Shown here piece by piece: positions 55,715 through 64,000 of a stretch of DNA of 64,000 bases. The DNA lies in NCBI GenBank assembly GCA_027452125.1, contig DAIDGZ010000082.1, positions 26,828 through 90,827 on the forward strand. The letters run 5' to 3'. The position numbers and the translations under genes were made by a program. The stretch's first letter is position 1. Every line of letters begins with the position of its first letter. This stretch comes from Acidobacteriaceae bacterium (GTDB lineage Bacteria; Acidobacteriota; Terriglobia; Terriglobales; Acidobacteriaceae). The notes under the pieces are model-generated. The model did not search any database and was not told where the DNA came from. It worked only from the letters and a program-made list of their open reading frames with translations.

Positions 55715-56596
55715 CTATGCCGGGGTGAGATAGCCCATGCCGTCGAGGACGCCGCGCTCGTAGGCGATGCTCTCAATGACGCCGGGCATGGGGTTGTCGC
55801 CGTGGATCTCGTACTCGAGGTCGACGTAGCCGGGATAGCCGATCTCGATGAGGGCCTGGAAGATGCCGCGGATGGGCATTTTGCCGGCGCCGACGGCGAC
55901 CTGGCTCTCCTTGACGGCGAGGTTGGAGAGATCCTTCATGTGCACATCGTAGAGGCGCGAGCCGGCCATGTGGATGGCCTCGGCGACGTTGACGCCGGCG
56001 CGGGCGGTGTGGCCCACGTCGATGCAGAAGCCGATGCGGGGGTCCATGTCCTTGATGACCTTGAGCACATCATAGGGCGAGGGGAAGAACTTGTCTTCCG
56101 GGCCGTGGTTGTGGATGGCGATCTTGACGTCGTATTCCTTGACGAAGCGCTCGATCCACTTGAGGGAGTCGGGGGTGGGATCGCCGGCGACGATGACGCC
56201 GATGCCGGCGCGCTTGACGTACTCGAACTTGGCGCGGACGTCTTTTTCGTCCTGCTCGCGGAAGTAGATGGCACCGGCGGCGTGGAGCGTGATGCCGTTG
56301 GCCTTGTAGTCGGCGACGGCCGCGGCCTCGGCGGCGGGGTCCATGGGCAGGTGATCCTTGATGTCTTTGCAGTTCAGGTTGGTGATGTGAAGCTGCTTGA
56401 GGTAAGGGATCATCTGGTCGCGGGTGAAGTTGCGGAAGGTGTAGCTGCACATGCCGAGCTTGATGGGCGAGGGCTTGCCGGTTTCAGCGACGGCCTCGGC
56501 CAGGGCGGCGGGGGCCGCAGCGCCGGCGGCGGCGCAGGCCACGGCGGCCAGCGCGCCCGACTGCAGGAAGTTACGGCGAGAGAGCGATTCTTTCAT
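55715..56596 (-). CDS. Tat-exported sugar phosphate isomerase/epimerase (xylose isomerase-like TIM barrel)
   Basis: SRRNFL Tat motif, SYTFR, AIHNHGPED, CIDVGH, DVHMKD, LEYE. Confidence 0.9.
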   Translation of the reverse strand: MKESLSRRNFLQSGALAAVACAAAGAAAPAALAEAVAETGKPSPIKLGMCSYTFRNFTRDQMIPYLKQLHITNLNCKDIKDHLPMDPAAEAAAVADYKANGITLHAAGAIYFREQDEKDVRAKFEYVKRAGIGVIVAGDPTPDSLKWIERFVKEYDVKIAIHNHGPEDKFFPSPYDVLKVIKDMDPRIGFCIDVGHTARAGVNVAEAIHMAGSRLYDVHMKDLSNLAVKESQVAVGAGKMPIRGIFQALIEIGYPGYVDLEYEIHGDNPMPGVIESIAYERGVLDGMGYLTPA

Positions 56597-56864
56597 GTGC
56601 GGGAGACTCCTCTGTTCTCCATGTCGGGTGATTCCCTCAACCGGTTTGAGGGGTTGAGGGATAGGTGGGCGCGGCCAGATAACGATCCCTTGCCTGCCCG
56701 GTCCGTTCCGGCAGCCAACGGGCGCAGCCGGAGTTTTCGGTGAAGGGAAAAGGTAATGCACGGAAGCGTGGGTTGGCAACCCTGGACAGACCACAGGCTG
56801 AAGTGTGCGGGGACTCCTGAGTCAAGGGCGTCCAAGGGCGGAAGCGCGTAGGAGAACGCGCAGC

Positions 56865-56906
56865 AAAAACCCCGTCTCCCAGGCGAAGGCGCTGAGAGAA
56901 CGGGGT
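56865..56906 (-). terminator. Terminator after the outer-membrane protein gene
   Basis: ACCCCGT.TC..GA.AACGGGGT stem with TTTTT on the minus strand. Confidence 0.55.
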
Positions 56907-56940
56907 GTGGAGACGCAGGGGGATGTGTTCCCGCCGCTGG

Positions 56941-57684
56941 TTACTGTTTGCCGAAGCGGTAAACAATGCCGCCGTTGACGCCCATGGCCTTCTGCATGCT
57001 GGAGTCGAAGCCGTTGAGCATGAACTCCGCGCCGAGGCGGAAGGCAATGTTGGGAGTCAGGTTGTACTCGGGCAACAGGGCGGCAGAGATGGCGTAGGTG
57101 TTGCCGTCCGGATAGAGGCCGAGCGAAGAGGGCAGGAAGCCGTTCAGGTCGCCGGAGAAGTGTCCGTGGGCGAAGCCGCCGAGGACCCGTGCGGAGACGG
57201 AGTATTTGGGCTGCAGGTAGAAGCGGTAGGTGGGGCCGATCATGGCCATGTATTCGCTGATGGCCGGCTGGGTAATGGCGCTGTTGGTGGTGGTGTTCAG
57301 GCCGACGTAGGGGGAGCCGTAGTAGCCGCGGCCATCGGCGGTGATGCCCAGGCGCTCATTGCGATAGCGGGTAATGTCCACATCCCAGGCGTACATGTTG
57401 GCCTTCTGCAGGTACTTGCCCGGCGTGGCGCGCAGGAAGGCGGAGCCCAGGTTGAACTCATAAAGATGATCGTAGGTCTGATGGATGGCGGCGTCGCGGC
57501 GCTGCTGGTGGCGCAGCCGGATGCGCTCCTGCACCGTCATTTCCATCTGCGTGGCAGTGGCCGGCTGCTGCGCCTGGCTGCTGGACTGGGCGGGCGAAGT
57601 GCTGCTCGAACTCTGGGCCGGGGCGGCGACTGCTGCGCAGGACGCCAGCGCCAGCAGAAAGGCAAGACGGCGGAAAGATTGCAT
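56941..57684 (-). CDS. Outer-membrane beta-barrel protein
   Basis: Signal peptide (APA-Q), S/Q-rich linker, amphipathic strands, terminal GIVYRF. Confidence 0.75.
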   Translation of the reverse strand: MQSFRRLAFLLALASCAAVAAPAQSSSSTSPAQSSSQAQQPATATQMEMTVQERIRLRHQQRRDAAIHQTYDHLYEFNLGSAFLRATPGKYLQKANMYAWDVDITRYRNERLGITADGRGYYGSPYVGLNTTTNSAITQPAISEYMAMIGPTYRFYLQPKYSVSARVLGGFAHGHFSGDLNGFLPSSLGLYPDGNTYAISAALLPEYNLTPNIAFRLGAEFMLNGFDSSMQKAMGVNGGIVYRFGKQ

Positions 57685-57960
57685 CGGTTTAGGGCTTCCT
57701 CCACGGGAGTACGGAAGTTGGCGGCCACACACGGCAGCGCTTCCCCCATAAGGTATTAAATCATCCCGGGGTGCGGCTTGTGGGTGAACGGCTGAGGAAT
57801 GGACGCGTGGCGGAAAAATTGGCAACCAGCCGGGGTGGAGAGCGATCTCAGGTTTTCCGCAAGGATGACGAAGAATTCATGAGAAACGCTGCATGTATGC
57901 GGGTCTTTCAGGTTAACCAATCGTCTAGGATGAAGAGCGATGGAGGTCATCAAAAAAACT

Positions 57961-58542
57961 ATGGGTCGTTTGCTGTTGGGAGTTGTATTAGGTCTTTTGC
58001 TGGTGCCGCTCGCGGTGCTCGGCTGGTTCCAGTTCGGTCACCCGCCGGTGGCAGTCACCGATCCCCCGCTGCCGATGGAAAAGCTGATCACGCATGTTCC
58101 CCTGCATGCGCGGATCAGCCGCGAGATGCCGCGGACGGTGCCCATCGAGGCGAACGAGGAGAACCTGGTGGCGGGCGCGCGGATTTATCGCGACGAGTGC
58201 GCGGCGTGCCACGGCTTCTCTGGCAAGGCTTCCTCGTTTGGGCCGCACATGTTCCCCGGCGCGCCGCAACTGTGGAAGAGGCACCACAATGGCAAGACGG
58301 TGGGTGTGAGCGACGACCCGCCGGGCGAGACCTACTGGAAGGTGGCGAATGGCATTCGGCTGACCGGCATGCCTTCTTACGAGCGGATTCTGAACCCGAC
58401 GCAGATGTGGCAGGTGTCTGTGCTGCTGGCCAATGCGGACAAGCCGCTGCCGCCGGTTGCGTACAACATCGTGCGCGGTTTGCCGGAGACGCCGGAGCCG
58501 GCGCCTGCCGAGAGCGGGAAGAAGCCGGCCCATAAGCGGTAA
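57961..58542 (+). CDS. Membrane-anchored monoheme cytochrome c
   Basis: N-terminal TM, CAACHG, MFP.APQL, YWKV.NGIRLTGMP; GGAGG upstream. Confidence 0.92.
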   Translation: MGRLLLGVVLGLLLVPLAVLGWFQFGHPPVAVTDPPLPMEKLITHVPLHARISREMPRTVPIEANEENLVAGARIYRDECAACHGFSGKASSFGPHMFPGAPQLWKRHHNGKTVGVSDDPPGETYWKVANGIRLTGMPSYERILNPTQMWQVSVLLANADKPLPPVAYNIVRGLPETPEPAPAESGKKPAHKR

Positions 58543-58605
58543 GCTGGTTGCATTCACTCTGTGCCCGGGCCTCCCCGCCCGGGCGCCGGGAAAGAAAGGC
58601 GAGAG

Positions 58606-58725
58606 ATGAACCTGCTGACCCTGCTGCGTAAAGGATTTGGCTACATGCTGATGAGTATGGGCGTCTCCAGCCCGGAGGCGGCGAAGAAGAAGCCTGCTGT
58701 GCGACCCAATGCAGGCAGCAAGTAG
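58606..58725 (+). CDS. 39-aa small protein
   Basis: MNLLTLLRKGFGYMLMSMGVSSPEAAKKKPAVRPNAGSK; GAAAGG RBS; terminator follows. Confidence 0.55.
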   Translation: MNLLTLLRKGFGYMLMSMGVSSPEAAKKKPAVRPNAGSK

Positions 58726-58759
58726 CAGGCTGCGGCAGTATCGCGCAGATCCACACAAA

Positions 58760-58792
58760 AGAAGGCCCTTCGCCCGCGCGGAGGGCCTTTCT
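58760..58792 (+). terminator. Intrinsic terminator
   Basis: AGAAGGCCCTTCGC..GCGGAGGGCCTTTCT. Confidence 0.7.
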
Positions 58793-58949
58793 GCGTCTGG
58801 GGAAGAGATGGACCGCGATCCTTCTCTGGGCAGGGCGGGGAAGTGAAAGATTTTGCGCGGTGCGTGCATGGCCAGTGGCGGCGCAGGTGCGGTAGTCTGC
58901 AAAGCGAAGACAATCCTTTTGAGACTGAGGCATTCGAGTGAGTTCAGGG

Positions 58950-60353
58950 ATGAATCGGCGCAGATTTCTGCAGGCAGCCACGGCGGCAGTTCCAGCGGCG
59001 GCGGGCATGTTGTCCATGAAGGAAGCGGCAGCGGCTCCCGCAGAGGAGATGGCCGGCGGGAGCACGCTGGTCCCGCGCTTTGGCGATGCGCGCGACTGGT
59101 GGTTCCAGCGGCGCTTTGGCATGTTTGTGCACTGGGGGCTTTACTCCATCGCCGGCTGGCATGAGCAGATGGAGTGGCGCGAGGGGATTCCGCGCACGGA
59201 GTATGAGCGATATTTTCAACAGTGGAATCCGCGCCACTACGATCCCGACGCGTGGCTGGACGCGGCACAGTCCGCAGGCATGCAGTACATCTGCTTCACG
59301 ACCAAGCACCACGAGGGCTTTTGCCAGTGGGACACGAAGCTGACCGACTTCAACTGCACCAAGACTCCTTTTGGAAAGGACGCACTGCGGATGCTGGCCG
59401 AGGCCTGCCACCGCAGGAACTTTCCGCTGTGCCTGTACTACTCGGTGGTGGACTGGCATAGCCCGCTGTATCCGAACCAGGGACGCTCCCATGAGCTGAA
59501 GCCGCAGCCGGGCGATCACCCGGACCTGACGAAGTACATCGAGTTTGTGCGCGGACAGGTGCGGGAGCTGTGCACGAACTATGGCAAGATCAGCGGCTTC
59601 TGGTGGGATATGAATGTGACCGGCGTGGTGGACCCGTCGATTAACGCGATGATTCGCCAGTTGCAGCCGGCGGCGGTGATCAACAACCGCGGCTTCGATC
59701 ATGGGGACTTTGGCACGCCGGAGCGCGACTACAACCGCTCTTGGGACCAGCCGCGCGCCTTCAAGGAGCGCGTGGAGGCCTGCCAGTCCGTGGGCATGGA
59801 GAGCTGGGGCTACCGCAAGGACGAGGATTACTACAGCCTGCGGTATCTGACCTCGAGCATCGACAAGTATCGCGCACGGGATGCGAATTATCTGCTGAAC
59901 GTGGGGCCAACGGGAGAGGGTGTGATTCCCGAACAGGCGGCGCAGACGCTGCATCGGCTGGGGCCATGGTACAAAGCGGTGCGCGAGGCCTTCGAGGATG
60001 CCGTGCCGTGCTCCGGGCTGACGGCGAACCGCAATGTGCTGTTGACCCGCAAGGGCAAGAGCCTCTATGTGCATCTTTACCAGGCGCCGGACGGCGGCGA
60101 GGTGCTGCTGCGTCCGCTGGCGCTGAAGCCGGTGAAGGCGGTGCTGCTGAACGATGGGCGGCCGGTGCAGTGGCGGCTGGACATTGCGCCGATGGAGTGG
60201 ACGTATCACCATCCCTACCTGCGTCTGCATGCGCTGCCGGTGGAGGAGTTTGCGGGGACGACGATGGTGGTGCGGCTGGATTTTGAGAGTCTTGAAGGAC
60301 TGCACCCGGAGGCCGGGGGCTCTGAGGCGAACGGGAATACGCTGCTGCGCTAG
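58950..60353 (+). CDS. GH29 alpha-L-fucosidase, Tat-exported
   Basis: NRRRFL, RFGMFVHWGLYS, TTKHHEGF, YYS..DW, EL.TNYG..GFWWD, INNR, NYLLNVGP. Confidence 0.94.
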   Translation: MNRRRFLQAATAAVPAAAGMLSMKEAAAAPAEEMAGGSTLVPRFGDARDWWFQRRFGMFVHWGLYSIAGWHEQMEWREGIPRTEYERYFQQWNPRHYDPDAWLDAAQSAGMQYICFTTKHHEGFCQWDTKLTDFNCTKTPFGKDALRMLAEACHRRNFPLCLYYSVVDWHSPLYPNQGRSHELKPQPGDHPDLTKYIEFVRGQVRELCTNYGKISGFWWDMNVTGVVDPSINAMIRQLQPAAVINNRGFDHGDFGTPERDYNRSWDQPRAFKERVEACQSVGMESWGYRKDEDYYSLRYLTSSIDKYRARDANYLLNVGPTGEGVIPEQAAQTLHRLGPWYKAVREAFEDAVPCSGLTANRNVLLTRKGKSLYVHLYQAPDGGEVLLRPLALKPVKAVLLNDGRPVQWRLDIAPMEWTYHHPYLRLHALPVEEFAGTTMVVRLDFESLEGLHPEAGGSEANGNTLLR

Positions 60354-60544
60354 CTGCTTGCCCTGAAGCATCTTTTGGGTGACACGCTGCGAGGGACGCG
60401 CAACGCCTGGGCAGTGGGGCAAAGGCTCCTTTCTATCTCGATTCTTTTGAATATTCTGGACATTCCGTTGTGCGGCAGGAAGGGTTCATCCTGCCGCACA
60501 TTGTCGTCTATGGCGGAAAGATTTCCCGGCTGAAATGGCGGGGC

Positions 60545-60573
60545 TTGACATTCTTTGCATTCAGGCCCAAAAT
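60545..60573 (+). promoter_or_regulatory. Candidate promoter of TonB receptor 3
   Basis: TTGACA-N17-CAAAAT. Confidence 0.4.
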
Positions 60574-60916
60574 TGCGGCCAAATTCAGAGTTTAGTTTCT
60601 GTAGGGAACGAGTCCTCGCTGCGTGGTCAGGGAGGGTTCGCAATGCTGGTTGCGCTGGGCATCTTGCAGGTGTGACCGGGAGAAGCGGAGGGCTGCAATG
60701 GCCTGCCGCGTCCTCGGATGATGTGGTTTCCAAAGTCGCTGAAAGATGCCGCTGTCCGCCGCGTTCTCGGCGGGCGGCGCCGATGTAGGAACTGCTGAGG
60801 CAAGGGCCAGTCATTTGGCGATGAAGGAGCGGGTGCGGGGTGCACCGCAGGCGATCGAGCTGCGGAAAGCCCGGCACAACGATCGATCAACCGCGAATTC
60901 AGGAGGGACCAGTCAA

Positions 60917-63900
60917 ATGACTACGCCAGGCAACACCGCATCTCTCTCGCAGCGTAAGTGGAATGTGATTTGGCTCACCATCGTGATGCTGATGGGAGTG
61001 GCCATGTTGAGTCCGGCCGTGTGGGCGCAAAGCGGTGCGGGCTCCATTCAGGGCACGGTCAGCGACGCCACCGGCGCCGTGATTCCCGGCGCCACGATCC
61101 GGGTGGTGAATGAGGCTACGGCCGTCACTGCGAACACCAAGACAAACGAAGTGGGGTTCTATCAGGTGCCCGGACTGTTCACCGGCACCTATGTTCTGAC
61201 CGTGACCGCTCCCAACATGAAGACCTACAAGGCGACCGTGCAACTGCAGGTGGCGCAGGCCGCGGTGGTGAACCCGGCGATGACGCCGGGGCAGGTAACG
61301 CAACAGGTGGAGGTGGCAGCCAACATCGTGCAGCTGACCACTACCGATAACGGAACCATTACCTCCACGCTGGAGGCCAGCCGCATTAACCAGTTGCCGA
61401 TGAATGGACGCATGCTGCTGACGCTGACCGGCAACACCACACCGGGACTGGAGGGCACCGGCCAGCGCGCCAACGGTCTGATGCCGGAGGCGCTGGAATA
61501 CGTGCAGGACGGTGCGCCGCTGACCAATCGCAACTTTGGCGGCGTGGGCAATTCCACCCAGTCGCAACTGCCTGACCCGGATGCGGTGCAGGAAGTGCGC
61601 ATGGAGACGACCAACACCAGCGCCATGTATTCGGCGCCGGCGACCGGGTTGATTACGACCAAGTCCGGCACCAACCAAGTGCATGGCTCGTTCTTTGAGA
61701 CGGCGCGCAACAACGCCGTAGGCATTGCCAAGGGCCGGCAGAATCCGTATCACTTTGCCGCGCCGCACCTGGTGCGCAACGAGTTTGGCGCGTCGGCTGG
61801 CGGGCCGATCTGGCTGCCCAAACTCTACAACGGCAGAGATCGCAGCTTCTGGTTCTTTGCGTATGAGCGCTACTCGCTGGCCACGACGACTAATGACCTG
61901 ACTACGGTACCGACGAATGCGATGCGTACCGGCGACTGGAGCGGACTGACGGATGGCAGTGGCACCTTCCAGCAGTTGTATGACCCGCTGACCACGGCGG
62001 CATCGACGAACTGCAATGGCAGCGGACAGGCGAATCAGTGGTGCCGCACGCCCTTTGCCAATAACCAGATGCCGATTGGGCGGCTGTCACCCACGGCCAA
62101 GATGCTCTACGCCATTACGCCCACGCCCACATCGAGCGACAATCCGATGCTGACGAGCAACTTCATCTCGCCCAATGCGCAGTGGGTTCCGATTCCGACG
62201 ATGACGTTCCGTCTGGATCACCACTTCAACGAGGTGAATAGCGCATACCTGCGCTACACGCATAACATCCAGACCAACCGCGCGCTGCGCAACTATCCGA
62301 ATCCCACGCCGGCCACGATTGCCTCCGGTGGATTCCCGTTCTGCGCGGATGATTGCCAGAACATCAACATTGCCACGTTCAGCAGCGCACTGGGCTACAC
62401 GCACGTGTTTTCGCCGGCCTTCTTTTCAGAGACCATCTACAGCATGATGTGGTTTAACCAGTATGTGGGCGGCGGCGGCAATGTGAACCTGGATTACGAG
62501 AAGATGATGGGACTGCCGAACAACTTCGGGCAGACGGGCTTTCCGAACATTGGCTCGACCTCGGGGGTAGGAACCCGCGCGGCCACGACCCTGATCAAGC
62601 CGTATGGCGGCACGATGTACAACTACCAGGAAGCGCAGATCATCTTTAACCTGGATGAGAACCTGACCAAGACCGTGGGCCGGCACCAGATGCAGTTTGG
62701 CGGCCGCTGGCGGCATGAGCGGTTTATGTATCTGCCCGACCGGTCTTCGGACCAGGTCTCGTTTGGCGCCTTTGCCACGGCGCTGGAAGACCCGGCGTCA
62801 GGCACGAACTACACCGCGAAGCCCAACACGGGATTCACCGATGCGGACATGTTTCTGGGCGCGGCTTCGCAGTACTCGATCAATCTGCAGCCGCCGCGCG
62901 TGCACTACCACGACATGGAGTTTGATGCGTACTTCCAGGACAACTATCACATCAGCCGGAACCTGACGGTGAACATTGGCCTGCGCTACGAGAATCATCC
63001 GGGAGCGTGGACGAAGTATGGCCTGTCAGAGGGATTCGACCTGAAGAACAAGGCGCAGGTGCTGACGAATCCCATTTCGTACTACATTGCCAACGGCTAT
63101 ACCACGCAGGCGATTGTGACCAACCTGCAGAACCTGGGTGTGAAGTTCGAGAGCCCGCGGGAGGCCGGCTATCCGGACAAGATGGTGCGCGACTATCCGT
63201 GGACGTTCAGTCCGCGTGTCGGCCTGGCCTGGCAGCCCTTTGGCGGCAGGCATGGCACGGTGGTGCGGGGCGCCTATGGGCGGTACATCTATCCGGTGCC
63301 GGTGCGCAACTCGATCCGCAACACGACTACCGGCGTTCCGTTTGTGGCCAACTACTTCCAGAGCTACGTCTCCGCAGCGCAGTCTCCGGATAGCCTGCCT
63401 AACTATCTGCTGCGTTCGCCGCAGACGGTCATCATGGGACAGAACAGCGCGAACGTGGTGAACAGCAGCACGACGAACTCCATTCTGCCGGGCTTTGGCC
63501 TGTGGACGCTGGCGCCGAACCAGGCGCCGGACTATGTGACCCAGACCAACTTCACCATCGAGCAGCCGATGCGGGGCAACTCCGCGCTGCGGCTGACCTG
63601 GCTGTGGAGCCATGGCACCAACCTGGATCACTACTTCTACTACAACCAGCATCCTTCCAACTATGTTTGGGAGATGATGACGGGCACGGTGCCGCCTACG
63701 GGTGGATCCTCCACCATCGGCACTCCACAGTATGCCAATACCGGAACGGGTCCGTATGACAAGATCATCTACGGCGGGGGCAGTAACTGGGATGCGAAGG
63801 ATGGCTGGTCCAACGATAACGCGCTGCAGGTGAACTATCAGCGGCTGTTCCATCGCGGCATTGCTTACCAGGTGAGTTATGTCTGGTCCAAGCCCTTCCG

Positions 63901-64000
63901 GCTGGGCGGCAACTACTTCCGCGATGCCAATGTGTACAACAAGGACTCGTACTTTGGAAACAGCGGCGGAGTGGGGACGATGAGCTCACCGTACGGCACG
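60917..64000 (+). CDS. TonB-dependent receptor (Oar-like), truncated by the window edge
   Basis: AGGAGG upstream of ATG 60917; manual translation AVWAQSGAGSIQGTVSDATGAVIPGATI, LPMNGR, TKSGTNQVHGS, RNEFGASAGGPI, YFQDNY..NLTVNIGLRYE. Confidence 0.95.
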   Translation, partial: MTTPGNTASLSQRKWNVIWLTIVMLMGVAMLSPAVWAQSGAGSIQGTVSDATGAVIPGATIRVVNEATAVTANTKTNEVGFYQVPGLFTGTYVLTVTAPNMKTYKATVQLQVAQAAVVNPAMTPGQVTQQVEVAANIVQLTTTDNGTITSTLEASRINQLPMNGRMLLTLTGNTTPGLEGTGQRANGLMPEALEYVQDGAPLTNRNFGGVGNSTQSQLPDPDAVQEVRMETTNTSAMYSAPATGLITTKSGTNQVHGSFFETARNNAVGIAKGRQNPYHFAAPHLVRNEFGASAGGPIWLPKLYNGRDRSFWFFAYERYSLATTTNDLTTVPTNAMRTGDWSGLTDGSGTFQQLYDPLTTAASTNCNGSGQANQWCRTPFANNQMPIGRLSPTAKMLYAITPTPTSSDNPMLTSNFISPNAQWVPIPTMTFRLDHHFNEVNSAYLRYTHNIQTNRALRNYPNPTPATIASGGFPFCADDCQNINIATFSSALGYTHVFSPAFFSETIYSMMWFNQYVGGGGNVNLDYEKMMGLPNNFGQTGFPNIGSTSGVGTRAATTLIKPYGGTMYNYQEAQIIFNLDENLTKTVGRHQMQFGGRWRHERFMYLPDRSSDQVSFGAFATALEDPASGTNYTAKPNTGFTDADMFLGAASQYSINLQPPRVHYHDMEFDAYFQDNYHISRNLTVNIGLRYENHPGAWTKYGLSEGFDLKNKAQVLTNPISYYIANGYTTQAIVTNLQNLGVKFESPREAGYPDKMVRDYPWTFSPRVGLAWQPFGGRHGTVVRGAYGRYIYPVPVRNSIRNTTTGVPFVANYFQSYVSAAQSPDSLPNYLLRSPQTVIMGQNSANVVNSSTTNSILPGFGLWTLAPNQAPDYVTQTNFTIEQPMRGNSALRLTWLWSHGTNLDHYFYYNQHPSNYVWEMMTGTVPPTGGSSTIGTPQYANTGTGPYDKIIYGGGSNWDAKDGWSNDNALQVNYQRLFHRGIAYQVSYVWSKPFRLGGNYFRDANVYNKDSYFGNSGGVGTMSSPYGT

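Overview
This looks like chromosomal DNA from an Acidobacterium (Terriglobia/Acidobacteriaceae-like). That call is inferred from the Oar-type TonB-dependent receptors, the split F0 atp operon, the PadR pair and the REP-like hairpins. The left part is mostly housekeeping: partial lysS, atpZ-atpI-atpB-atpE, bactofilin, a radical SAM enzyme, a KimA-like APC transporter, lnt, frameshifted prfB and dsbD. The middle holds a glycan-use region (two paralogous TonB receptors, LacI, a CE15 esterase, a GH106 pseudogene, a GH29) and redox enzymes. The right part holds an MshEN-ATPase, a NAL1-like protease, a histidine kinase, ypdA, vapBC, a PadR/membrane-protein cassette, fumarase, cytochrome c, a second GH29 and a third, partial TonB receptor. 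I found no rRNA, tRNA, CRISPR array or transposase, and no single large novel operon is proven. The best leads are: (1) a PadR plus membrane-sensor cassette with a perfect operator, bracketed by two REP-like hairpins; (2) a collapsed vapB-vapC fusion copy made by microhomology deletion; (3) a c-di-GMP-type MshEN ATPase with a probable ATC start; (4) a LexA-type box over a radical SAM gene; (5) an identical 15-bp promoter element shared by two TonB receptors; (6) repeated TANNNT-N6-ATG leaderless starts; (7) two probable unannotated small proteins. All family calls come from motif recognition by eye, not from database searches.
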